From Octopus vulgaris (lineage: Eukaryota): a stretch of DNA of 62,000 bases. Position numbers and translations under genes: made by a program. A model generated the notes under the pieces. It was not told the origin of the DNA and made no database searches. It saw only the letters and a program-made list of their open reading frames with translations. Positions within the stretch are counted from its first letter, which is position 1. The number at the start of each line of letters is the position of its first letter. Shown one piece after another: positions 1-12,220 of this stretch. The stretch lies in contig OX597834.1 in NCBI GenBank assembly GCA_951406725.2, positions 40,010,001 to 40,072,000 on the forward strand, in the 5' to 3' direction.

Positions 1-91
1 TGGGTTAAATGTATATATATGTGTGTTTGTATATATATATGTACATATATACATAAGTACGTGTATATATGTATACATATATATGTGTACA

Positions 92-126
<35 letters not shown>

Positions 127-139
127 GTACATATATGTA

Positions 140-360
140 TATATAGTTAAACCAAACATGAAAACACAAAGAGAAAACACAGCAAAGCGAGGACGTGGAA
201 CAAGTATAGTATTATCGGACGCTCAGGAAAGGAAAGAAAGAAGGAGGATTTAATGTTTCGAGCGGAGCTCTTCGTCAGAAACATAGAAAAAGGAAAGGTC
301 CAAGGAAGGGAAGACGGAGGGAAAAAAATCGCGAACGATACACACGCGGTCACATATTGA
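140..360 (-). mobile_element. Penelope-like (PLE) terminal-repeat-type dispersed element carrying a hammerhead-like motif, copy 1
   Basis: Shares the CGCTCAGGAA and TTTCGAGC..GCTCTTC..CAGAAA blocks with 16455-16600 and 31645-31850. The minus strand reads gtttCTGACGAagagctccgctcGAAACATTaaat. The PLE assignment is inferred from the known association of minimal hammerheads with PLE repeats. Confidence 0.55.
248..282 (-). ncRNA. Minimal type-I hammerhead ribozyme-like motif
   Basis: Stem I guuu/aaau, core CUGACGA, stem II GAGC-ucc-GCUC, GAAAC, then a short stem III with one mismatch (ACAU instead of the palindromic ACGU). Confidence 0.55.
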
Positions 361-1578
361 ACTATGTATATGTATATGTGTGTGTGTGTGTGTGTGTATG
401 TTTGTGTGTCTGTGTTTGTCCCCCTAGCATTGCTTGACAATCGATGATGGTGTGTTTATGTCCCCGTCACTTAGCGGTTCGGTGAAAGAGACCGATAGAA
501 TAAGTGCTAGGCTTGCAAAGAATAAGTCCTGGGGTTAATATGCTTGACAAAATGTGGGTGCGTGTCACTCGTATGTGCAGCATGTGCAGGAAGAGAACCT
601 GTTTGGCTTTGTAATTGGTTTACATGTATCTGGGTACACGTCAACACAACTATGTATGGATGAAGAGCTGTGTGTGTGTGTGTTTGTGAGTATTAGTGTG
701 CATGCGCATGTGAGTGAGTGCATGCGCATGTGAGTGAGTGCATGCACATGTGAGTGAGTGCATGCGCGTGTGTCTGTGTGTGAGTGTGCATGTTTTTATG
801 TGTGTGTGTGAGTGTGCATATGCATGTTTGTGTGTATGTGTGTGAGTGTGCATGTTTGTGTGAGTGCGTGTGTATTTGTGTGTGTGTGTGCCTATATTTG
901 TTTGTGCATGCATGTATATGTGTATGTGCATGTGTATGTATTTATTTGTGTGTGTGCGTATGCACGTGTATCTATTTATGTAGCACACACACACATATGC
1001 TGTAAAGAGCACGAACCCTTTTCTCTACAATCCTTACATATATCCCCCCACACACACACACACACACACATACATACACACGCACTCTCCTCCTCTCTCA
1101 TATGCACATTCTTTCTCTTCATCCCTCTCTCTCATCTTCTTGCACACACACACACACACTTATACTCTCTCTCTCTGTCTCTCTCCCTCTCTCACACACA
1201 TCTCCCCTCTCTCCTTCTCTCTCCCATAGGATATCTGTGTGTGTCCCAAAGTGGACAGTCATGTGTTTGAGCCAATCCTGTAAGGAGAACAGGATATTAC
1301 AAGAGGGACAACAATACCAATTCTGATTGCTCTAGTTATGCTTGTTGGTGATGTGATGGTCATGATGGTGAGAATAAAAGAGAGAGACAAACGTTTGAAC
1401 TTTATGATAAGCAACAACAAAACACAATACAATACAACAAACACACAACAATATGCACGGCTAAAACAATACATAATACAAAACGAAAACAAAAACAAAA
1501 CTTATAAAATATTCTTTCCTACTCTAGGCACAAGGCCCGAAAATTATTTGGCGGGAGGAGCTAGTTAATTAGATCAAC

Positions 1579-3160
<1,582 letters not shown>

Positions 3161-3381
3161 TATAAGGTGGTATGTATGTGTGGTTAAGAAGTTTGCTCCT
3201 CCATTTCATGTCTTTAGGTTCAGTCCCATAGTGTGATGCTGCCTTGTTGGAGTGAGTACCTTCTACTATATTCCCAGGCTGACCGACGACTTGTAAAGGA
3301 ATTTTGGAGATGGAAACTGAAACGACCCTGTGCTGCACAAACACAAACAAATGATGTGTATGTGTGTAGGGGGGAGGGTCC

Positions 3382-3545
3382 GATTTGAATTTTTTCTTCT
3401 ACGGAATGAAGAGCAAGCCTTCTTCTATCATACTCTCAAGTTTGGTCAGCTTGCGCCGCAGGGTCTCGGAGGAGATAGTGTTAGTTGAAGGCTACCAAAC
3501 CTGCCACACACACACAGACAACTTCAGCTTTATATATATAGAGAG
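3382..3545. repeat. Dispersed repeat, second copy at about 8937-9110
   Basis: GGTCCGATTTGAATTT...GAAGAGCAAGCCTTCTTCTATCATACTCTCAA...GGTCTCGGAGGAGA...GAAGGCTACCAAACCTGCCA...CAACTTCAGCTTTATATATATA is nearly identical at both loci. Confidence 0.8.
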
Positions 3546-3731
3546 ATTTTATGATTGTTGTCGTCGTACAGAACTAATTGACTTTTAAAGAAATAGCTTA
3601 ATGAGGCAAGGGAAGTAACTCAAAACATGCTCACCTGATCGAGTTAGTGATATAGAGTTATTTCCCTTGCACACCCAGGCAATCTGGTTTCTTTTAACCA
3701 GCCAGCATTTACAATTCTATCGTATTACAAT

Positions 3732-3975
3732 CTGTTGTGTCTGGGGAGAGTCATTTTCTTTTTGTGCCTTATACTTCAACTCACTCACAGGTAAAATTTC
3801 TACTTTTTTCTTATTTTTATTTTCCTAAAATTTTCGTTGCGTCTTGCAACCCTTTCAATAGTTGACGCAACGAAAATTTTAAGAAAATATAAATAAGAAA
3901 TAAGCGGAAATTTTACCGGTGAGTGTGTTGAATTATAAGGCACAAAAAGAAAATGACTCTCCCCAGACACAACAG
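3732..3975. mobile_element. Palindromic MITE-like element (about 112-bp arms, 20-bp spacer)
   Basis: CTGTTGTGTCTGGGGAGAGTCATTTTC...TTTCGTTGCGTC (3732-3843) is the near-perfect reverse complement of 3864-3975. A one-armed copy lies at about 21710-21850. Confidence 0.8.
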
Positions 3976-4015
3976 AATATGCTTCAACACACGAACTCAC
4001 GTAATATTTATATAT

Positions 4016-4683
4016 TGCTGCCATAATCCTTGCCCTCAGTTCGTCTTTGGTGTTATAGGGAGTTTTGTTGGTCTTTTGTTCAACTGCAATTGACTCATAA
4101 TAATCAAGGGGGTTGCAGTCTGGGGAGTTAGGTGACCAGATGTTAGGAGTGATGTCCTTGTTTGTCCCCTCTATGTTTAGCCCCTTGTGGGTAGTAAAGA
4201 AATAAGTGTGCTGTTACCAGACACAGAGTCTTCCAGCAGCCACCCCCTTGACCCTTTTCAGGCCAGCACTACCTTCGCCAGGCACATGATGTAGGCATCC
4301 GTGTTGAGTCTAAGGCCGTGTGGGAAGATGAATGGAGGCATAATGTCACCATCACCTAGTGATCACTCCAAACACCATGATGTTGACTGGATGTTTTCTT
4401 TTTATCACTCTTGGCACACATTTGGGGGGACACAGCAAGCCAACGATTGTTTTGTGTGGTCACCATCTGTCCATATTGGAGTTTCCAACACAAATGCCAA
4501 GTAGTGCAGCTTGTTGTTTCCAAATTTCTGGCAGAGTAAATTGCGTCGTGGTGCCTGTTTTTCTCACAGACGGTGCCCAACTGACCCTACTATACTGTGT
4601 AGTCAACAGAATCAAAAACAAGCAATGCTCATGTGCAAAATTAAGAAAATAAAATGGCGACAATTTACCCATCGCACCCTGTA
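4016..4683 (-). mobile_element. Degenerate IS630-Tc1-mariner transposon (maT/DD37D-like motifs), internally deleted and 3'-truncated
   Basis: Minus-strand frameshifted fragments: TQFTLPEIWKQQAALLGI (N-terminal), KHPVNIMVFGVIT..DGDIMPPFIFPHGLRLNTDAY, ITPNIWSPNSPDCNPLDYY and NTKDELRARIMAA. A TIR-like end TA-CAGGGTGCGATGGGTAAATTGTCG lies at 4683-4659. A SINE tail interrupts it at about 4158-4205. Confidence 0.85.
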
Positions 4684-4689
4684 CTTATA

Positions 4690-5090
4690 TATCCTTTACT
4701 TGTTTCATTTATTAGACTGTGCCCATGCTGGGGCACCACTTTATAGACTGTTTTAGTTAGATAAAGTGACCTCAGGACTTATTCCAATGGTTTCTGTTTC
4801 CAAAGTGCTAAGTTACCAGGATGTAAACACATCAGTACAAGATGTCACGCAGTAGTGCGGAACAAATACAGACACAAAGACACACACAGACATAAATACA
4901 TATATATATATATGTATGTGTGTGTGTGGGGGGGCTTCTTTTAGTTTTTATGTACCAAATCCATTCGATGGGCTTTGGTGAGCCTGAGGCTAGATTAGAA
5001 CACCCTTGCCAAAGGTGCCACACAGTGGGACTGAACACAGAACCATGTAGCTGGGAAGCAAGCTTCTTACCACACAGCCTTACCTGTGCC
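4690..5090 (-). mobile_element. tRNA-derived SINE, family A, diverged
   Basis: Reverse complement of the GCTGTGTGGTAAGAAG..GGTTCAGTCCCAC..GGCAAG..GAATAAGTCCTG..CCAGCATGG blocks seen at 8307-8722. Confidence 0.8.
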
Positions 5091-5132
5091 TAAATACATA
5101 CATATATATATATATTGAATAACACATCGGCC

Positions 5133-5528
5133 CAACTTGGATGTGTTTTTTATAATGCTTTGTCTGTAGTAATTGTCCTGAAAATCATTTTGCAATTTTG
5201 CATAGATGGCAAATGCTAAAAACCATTCAAATTCTATTATCAGTTGACAAAATTCCAGCAGTACACGAGCAGATGACGCTACCATGTCATGTAATTTCAC
5301 TCTATTGCAGATCATGCTCTCTTGCATTCAGCTTGGCTAGCTGCCACTGATGATCTGCAATATGTCGAAATCACGTGATACAATACAGCAGTGTCAACCA
5401 CCACTGACAGAATTTCATCAACTGATAATAGAGTTCAAATGCTTTTTAGCATTATTTGATTCACAAAATGATTTTTCAGGACATTTACAGCAGTCTAAGG
5501 TGTTATAAACAACATCCAAATTAAGTTG
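5133..5528. mobile_element. Imperfect long inverted repeat / fold-back MITE, about 400 bp
   Basis: TTGGATGT..GTCCTGAAAATCATTTTG..AATGCTAAAA..TCTATTATCAGTTGA..ATTGCAGATCAT mirrors ATGATCTGCAAT..TCAACTGATAATAGA..TTTTAGCATT..CAAAATGATTTTTCAGGAC..ACATCCAA around a centre near 5330. Confidence 0.8.
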
Positions 5529-5570
5529 AGTGCGCTAATTAACAATCATTATAAAAGCTGCTTCAGTTGC

Positions 5571-5623
<53 letters not shown>

Positions 5624-5853
5624 TATATATATATATATATATATTTGTGTATAGGTGCATGTGTTTGTTTGCTCGTTTTATGTCTGTTTTCTATGCCGGA
5701 ATGTGCTAGATGAATAGATTATTGTGGTATTATTTTACAGAGGGATGCCATTCCAGTTGCAAGGGGGAACAGAGTGACAGGAGTGATGGCAAAGAAGAGG
5801 ATAGAAAATTGATAGAGATAGTGCTACAAATGAGAAGTAGTAAAAGCAGGATC

Positions 5854-5884
<31 letters not shown>

Positions 5885-6160
5885 TAAATTAGGGATAAAT
5901 GACAGAGTGATGGACAGTTGTAGAAGTGGTCAGTGGTAAGAGTGTGTGAACTGAATTTCACTAATATTGTGTGTGTGTGTGTGTACACAACTTTAAACTG
6001 CATCCTGTAGCAGGGCTCTGGTTCATCTGTGTGCCAGTGTCTTGAGGAGTGTGGAACCACTTCTTAACCATTGCTGTTCCTGGGTCCGATCTGACTCAGA
6101 GTAGTAACACCTGTGAGGGGTTCCCGGTATGGGTTAATTAACATGGAATTTTCTCTATAG

Positions 6161-6228
6161 AAGGTCACTCACAAGCACCCCCAACAGACCCAGAGCTGAC
6201 GAGGCCCTTCAGCTCTCTAGCTATTCAT
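6161..6228 (+). CDS. Candidate internal exon, product unknown
   Basis: TTTTCTCTATAG acceptor and CAT|GTAAGA donor. Two frames are open (GHSQAPPTDPELTRPFSSLAIH or RSLTSTPNRPRADEALQLSSYS). Confidence 0.25.
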
Positions 6229-6669
6229 GTAAGAGACTAACCCCATACAAATCCTGCATTGCATCCTGATAACTATTGTCTCATGGCACTTGTTACATTA
6301 GACAAATGTAAGTCTTAAGGATGAAAGAGTGGGGCTAGCGCTGCACAAACCATGCTCACTCTAATAAAAGTCATCATGTAGGTTATTTAGTTAATCAAGT
6401 CACCAGCACCAATGCCATTACACTTTCTTCAGAAGTTCAGTGCTGATAAGGAAAGGGGTAACAGGGACAGGTAGAGAATTATACTGGAAGTCTCAAGCTT
6501 TGGACCCACACACAGCAGTCATAGGACGATGGTCATTTCTCTGCGTTTTGCTAAACCCTCAGTCATGAAAGCAACAAAGGAATTCAAAAGGAAGTAACAG
6601 AGAGAAACATGTGTGTGTGTTTATATATTTGCACACACAAACACATACACACTATAAAACTGTCTACAG

Positions 6670-6832
6670 ATATTTATTTGGAAGCATTTTAGCTATGAAA
6701 TTAAATCAATGTGTAAACATCCTGATACTCGCTTAAATAAAGAGATAACTCACTGGAAATTTTCTGATAAGTCTGTTTCAGAGATTATTGTCTTCCTTTC
6801 AGAAAAAAATGCATTTTTTAGCTATCCAGTGG
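6670..6832 (+). CDS. Candidate internal exon, product unknown (alternative acceptor at 6693)
   Basis: CTACAG acceptor, a 54-codon open frame IFIWKHFSYEIKSMCKHPDTRLNKEITHWKFSDKSVSEIIVFLSEKNAFFSYPV, then a G|GTTAGT donor just before an in-frame stop. Confidence 0.35.
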
Positions 6833-7039
6833 GTTAGTAATTTGTATAGATATCTGTAGTAGCTTATCAGCTTATCTGAAGATAACATAAGTGTTCTCTG
6901 CTGATTTGACTATAATATCTATTTAATTAAACAGTATGCAGTAAATATTGTAAATATATACATTATAAGTATTGTAAATATACACTCAGACTATCCAAAG
7001 CTTTGTGAATGGATTCAGTAGCCAGAACCTCATCTTGTG

Positions 7040-7258
7040 ATGAGGCAAGTTGGCAGAAACGGTAGCACGCAGGGCAAAATGCCTAGAGGTATTTCACCTG
7101 TCTTTACCTTCTGAGTTCAAATTCTGCCAAGGTCGACTTTGCCTTTCATCCTTTCGGGGTCGATTAAATAAGTACCAGTTACGTACTGGGGTCGATGTAA
7201 TTGACTTAATCCCTTTGTCTATCCTTGTTTAGCCCCTTGTGGGCAATAAAGAAATAAA
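7040..7258 (+). mobile_element. SINE family B (TGGCAGAAACG..TTCTGAGTTCAAATTC..GGTCGACTTTGCCTTTCATCC..AGCCCCTTGTGGG..AAAGAAATA)
   Basis: Further copies at about 8050-8262, 19290-19887, 20895-21110 and 60950-61320 (+), and 37700-37935 and 57795-58020 (-). GGTTC/GAGTTCAAATTC is a B-box-like head. Confidence 0.85.
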
Positions 7259-7604
7259 AACCTCATCTTGTGTGCGTGTGTTCATGTCATGCCTGTGCTT
7301 GTTCCCCAATCCCTCCACATCATTTGACAACTGGTTAGGAAGTGAGTTTCCTAACCACAGCCATGCCTGCAGCTAAGAATAAAATAAATTCAATGGAATT
7401 CATTCTAACTCGTTTTATAGAACTTTCACCAGTTTCTCTTTCATTCTTCCAATGCGTGTTAATGTGAATTCTCCTACACGAGGTTCCACCACAACCTGAT
7501 GCATCAAACTTTACAAATTTTACTCAACAGCGTCACAGATTTCTTATGCTTAAATATACATAAACAGAAATATTATGGCTATTTAAGGTAAATATTTCGT
7601 GATT

Positions 7605-7885
7605 CGTGTCCGTTGCCAGCCTCGCCTGGCCCTCGTGCCGGTGGCACATAAAAAGCACCATCCGTTCGTGGCCGTTTGCCAGCTCTGTCTGGCACCTGTG
7701 CGGGTGGCACGTAAAAAGCACCCACTACACTCTCGGAGTGGTTGGCATTAGGAAGGGCATCCAGCCGTAGAAACACTGCCAGATTTGACTGGGCCTGATG
7801 AAGCCTTCTGGCTTCACAGACACCAGTAGAACCGTCCAACCCATGCTAGCATGGAAAACGGACGCTAAACGATGATGATGATGAT
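7605..7885 (+). mobile_element. 5'-truncated RTE LINE 3' end with (GAT)n tail
   Basis: Matches the 3' UTR that follows the RT C-terminus at 46288-47120. Other copies lie at about 9207-9432, 14398-14625, 22630-22855 and 41685-41855 (-), and 24050-24250 and 48600-48922 (+). Confidence 0.75.
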
Positions 7886-8306
7886 AATTTAAATCTAAAT
7901 ATTGGCTTCAAATTCTGGCATAAGAACAGCAATTTCAGAGGAAGGGCTAAATTGATGACATCAATCCCACAGCGCAATTAGTACTTATTTTATCAACCCC
8001 CCAAAGGAGGAAAGGTTAAGTTGACCTCAGTGGTATTTGAACTCAGAAACATTAGCACGCCAGGCAAAATGCATAGCCATATTTTGTCTGCCATTACGTT
8101 CTGAGTTCAAATTCCGCCGAGGTCGACTTTGCCTTTCATCCTTTCGGGGTCGATTAAATAAGTACCAGGTACACACTGGAATCGATATAATCAACTTAAT
8201 CCGTTTGTCTATCCTTGTTTGTCCTCTCTGTGTTTAGCCCCTTGTGGGTAGTAAAGAAATAGGTTTTTGAACTCAGAATGTAAAGTCGGAAAAAATGTTG
8301 CTAATA

Positions 8307-8722
8307 GGCGTAGGAGTGGCTGTGTGGTAAGTAGCTTGCTTACGAACCACATGGTTCTGTGTTCAGTCCCACTGTGTGGCACCTTGGACAAATGTCTTCT
8401 ACTATAGCCTCGGGCCGACCAAAGCTTTGCGAGTGAATTTGGTAGACGGAAACTGAAAGAAGCCCATCGTATATGTGTATATATATATGTATATGTGCAT
8501 GTATGTGTGTGTATATGTTTGTGTGTCTGTGTTTGTCCTCCCAACATCGCATGACAACCGATGCTAGTGTGTTTACATTCCCGTAACTTAGCGGTTCAGC
8601 AAAAAGGACCAACAGAATAAGTACTAGGCTTACAAAGAATAAGTCCTGGGGGCGATTTGCTCGACTAAAGGTGGTGCTCCAGCATGGTCGCAGTCAAATG
8701 ACTGAAACAAGTAAAAGAGTAA
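8307..8722 (+). mobile_element. tRNA-derived SINE family A, near full length
   Basis: A-box-like GGAGTGGCTGTGTGGTAAG, B-box-like GTTCAGTCCCAC, internal (TG)n tract and tail CAGTCAAATGACTGAAACAAGTAAAAGAGT. Many more copies, e.g. 30850-31270, 37155-37525, 40922-41339, 47747-48140 and 58570-58925 (+), and 22230-22625, 24270-24680, 33160-33550, 48170-48565 and 60330-60780 (-). Confidence 0.9.
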
Positions 8723-9790
8723 GCTTTTTTTCCACAATGGCAATGATTCTGCCAACTCGTCACTTTATTTAAGCATTAAATTATAAATTAAGCATTAAAA
8801 AAAATATTTATCTATATATTATTTTATGGAATTCTTCTGAAGGTTCTCTGGAGCAAATGTTACTTGACAGGGTGCACGACTCGGACATTAGGGAGTCTAT
8901 CTAGGTTTTGATGTAAATAATTTTTGGTGTTAACATGGTCCGATTTGAATTTTATCTTCTATGGAAGGAAGAGCAAGCCTTCTTCTATCATACTCTCAAT
9001 TTTGGTCAACTTGCACCGCAGGGTCTCGGAGGAGAGAGTGTTAGTTGAAGGCTACCAAACCTGCCATACACAGGCAACTTCAGCTTTATATATATATAGA
9101 GAGAGATTTCAGTGGAAAAGAAAACGAATGTCGTACACTTACTGAATGATATTTTTCAGTGATTTTGTAGGATGAAAATATATGTTTCTCCACATCATCA
9201 TCATCATCATCGTAGTTTAGCGTCCGCTTTCCATGCTAGCATGGGTTGGACGGTTCAACTGGGGTCTGGGAAGCCAGAAGTCTGATCTAGCAATGTTTCT
9301 ACGGCTGGATGCCCTTCCTAACGCCAACCACTCCGTGAGTGTAGTGGGTGCTTTTTACGTGCCACCGGCACAGGTGCCAGACGAGTCTGGCAAATGGCCA
9401 CGATCGGATGGTGCTTTTTATGTGCCACCAGCACATGTAACTACAATATTGTCAAAGTATTCTGTAATAAAGTATAACACCTGAAATTTATAATAAATAA
9501 ATTAGATTATAGTTGTCGAGCATCTCAACATAATCTTTCAGGTGAAATGTGAACTTATAACATTGGTCAAGAAAATTGCCATACAAGATGTGAAACTTAT
9601 ATGTAACTGTGATGGACCCCATGGAGGAGGTGCTTCATGTACCTACCTCCGGAACCATCCCAGAAATAGTGGGCGGAGAAAATGGATGGATGGATCGATG
9701 GATGGATCGGAAACAATATTTAAATATTCATTTTTTAAATTAGGGGAAAAAAAAAAAAACTGACAGAAGAAATTGTAAAGAAATTCTCAC

Positions 9791-9848
9791 CTGGTTGTCT
9801 ACTTTTTATAAGTTTCTTAATTCCAAATGGTAAAGTATTTAATTTATG
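9791..9848 (-). CDS. Candidate exon HKLNTLPFGIKKLIKSRQP
   Basis: TTATCTCCCCATAAG acceptor, CAG|GTGAGA donor and one open frame. Phase-compatible with 11548-11610. Confidence 0.2.
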
Positions 9849-11547
9849 CTTATGGGGAGATAAATTGCCACTCCTCGCTCCACAGCATAAAAAACAATTT
9901 GCCACAGATATATCCAATAAAGGCTTGTTATTTCCCATGATGCAATGCAGTTTTGTTTTTGTTTCACAGATTTTTCAAACAGGAATGTCTTTACAAATAG
10001 CTACCAATGTCTCACAAAAGGGCTGAGTGAAAATGGGACAATTTTTCCGGCATATTTTTGTGTAATATTTCATCCATTTCTTGTAATCAATTATAAAGCA
10101 GCTATGTTAGAAACCAACCTTTTTTTTTATAAAGAAATTCTATAGAAAAACTGTACTATAAAGTAGTTTAGACAACACAGTAGCTATATTAAAAAGTAAG
10201 TATTTATAAAGAAGCTGTACTACAAAGTTCTACAATAATCCAGTTATATGATAAAGTTATATTATGAAAAAGCTCTACAGAGAAGCTGTGTTATAAGGTA
10301 GTTATATGGTACAGTAGCAATATTATAAAGTAGCTACACTGTATAGTTGTTGCACTATATAAAAGCTATATATATAGGGAGAGTAGTTATAATACGAAAC
10401 AGCAATATTATGAAGTAGGTATTATATAAAGTTGTTCTATTACTAAGAAGATTTATCATAAAGATGCTATCCAAGTTAATTAAATTTTGCTGATATAGAG
10501 GAATGAAATTGCAATTCTTTTTTTAAATCAATAAAGAATTATAATAAATATGTAAATAGATATATTAAATTAATTTATAAGATATTAATAACAATGAAAA
10601 AATTTAATGTTTAACAAATATTTAATAGTAAAAGTGTTTTATAGTTGATTTTTTTTTATTCCCTTTCATGCCCTTTTTCTATTATTTTAATTGTATTTTA
10701 ATAAAATTCCTTCATTTACTGATTATCCAACAAATAAGTCACAGAATTTCTGTCTGGCATTCGCAGAAATGTTGAAATGGAATGAAATATAAATTAACAG
10801 CAACAGTTGTAGACAAACTATATTAATAATTTTCTCAAATTTGTATCCAAGAACGACCTTCTAGATTGATTAGATTAAAAATAATCGGAAAGACAATATC
10901 TTTAATTACAATCTCTTCGTCTGTGTTTTAAATAAACAAATAATAAAATGCTTACGGAGTTAAAATTTTAATTCAGTTATTTTAATTAGTTGAGAGGATC
11001 GATATAGCTTGTTATGCCTCGTTATATAATTCTTGTGGAAGGATATAAGAAATAGGGGACGGAAAAACAAAACGAGAGAAAAAAAAAACCGCTTTTTTCC
11101 TGCACCTTAACTTGAAGAAATTCAAAGACGTTTTAGTCTTAAGAATTGTACCGGGAATTCCAAAACGTAATACAACTTTAATTATAATAATAATAATAAC
11201 AATAATAATAATAACAATAACAATAATAATAACAATGATAATGATAAAAATATTGGTAATAATAATAAAAATAGTTATTTGGTATAAGGATGGTGTATGC
11301 TATCAATGCTAATTCTTCATTTAAAATGGTATATTTCCACTCTTAAATCATTAAAAAAAAAAACATATATAAATATAATAAGACAGCTAAATGTCAAGAG
11401 AATCGTAGTTTAATCAATGTCAAATCGATATACTGTATATGGTCAATATATATATATATTATACTTAATTATATATATATGTGTGTGTGTATATATGTAT
11501 GTATATAGATGTGTGTATGTGGGTGGGCTGAACGTAACACGGATTAC

Positions 11548-11610
11548 ATGCTGAGGTATTTTGCGTTTGGTCAACTTTTTCAACAAATATGTTTCTTCCT
11601 TTTGGCTCAT
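11548..11610 (-). CDS. Candidate first coding exon MSQKEETYLLKKLTKRKIPQH
   Basis: ATG at 11610 and CAT|GTAATC donor. Upstream on this strand are a long AG-poor pyrimidine tract (about 11770-11870) and a GTAAGT donor at 12075 in CpG-containing, GA-rich sequence. Confidence 0.25.
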
Positions 11611-12178
11611 ATTTCTACAGAAAGCTCTCCGCAATGGTAACGCCGAAAGGGAATGGTGTTCTTTGTCCCTGCACCTCGTCCTGTCTTTAAGTAAATTGCT
11701 TCCTTTTTAGACAGATACAAAGAATCATTCGTTAACTTTTTCAAAAAAAAACCAATGCCAATTTTGTAATTTGCCGGATCCGAGATAAAAGTTTTATAAT
11801 GGTAATATAGATCAACGTGGAAACGAAAGCGAGGAAAAACGAAGATAAGATTGCAAGTATACGAGATATTTTTCTTCTTCTTCTTCTCCTTCTCCTTCTT
11901 CTCCTTCTTCTTCTTTATCTGACCCTGCACAAACAGACACCAACACACACAGACGTAGACAGAGAGACATCACTCAGACACCTTTTCTATGGACTCTGCA
12001 GTTCTATAAACTGCAACAAGGTGGTCAGTCGACAATAATATAAACAGCGCTATCGTCACTGCAACACCTACTTACAAGTCGGGCCTCGCGTTACGACAAA
12101 TGCTGCGAATATCTAAATATTTAGAATCTGATTGTATTATGATGGGTGTGAGGGTGTGTATGTGTGTGTGTGCATGCA

Positions 12179-12220
<42 letters not shown>

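Noticed and set aside
6065-6140. GC-richer block and the AGAGCTGACGAGGCCCTTCAGCTCT hairpin at about 6192-6216 as a ribozyme
   Set aside because: CTGACGA is not followed by a stem II and GAAA, and I could not build an HDV-like double pseudoknot.
6800-6832. NAFFSYPV resembling the BRD7/9 bromodomain AFFSFPV
   Set aside because: The flanking residues do not match a bromodomain.
9542-10145. Several overlapping 60-96 codon frames on both strands
   Set aside because: Mutually incompatible, with weak splice signals apart from one acceptor (9969) and one minus-strand donor (9790); no recognisable motif.
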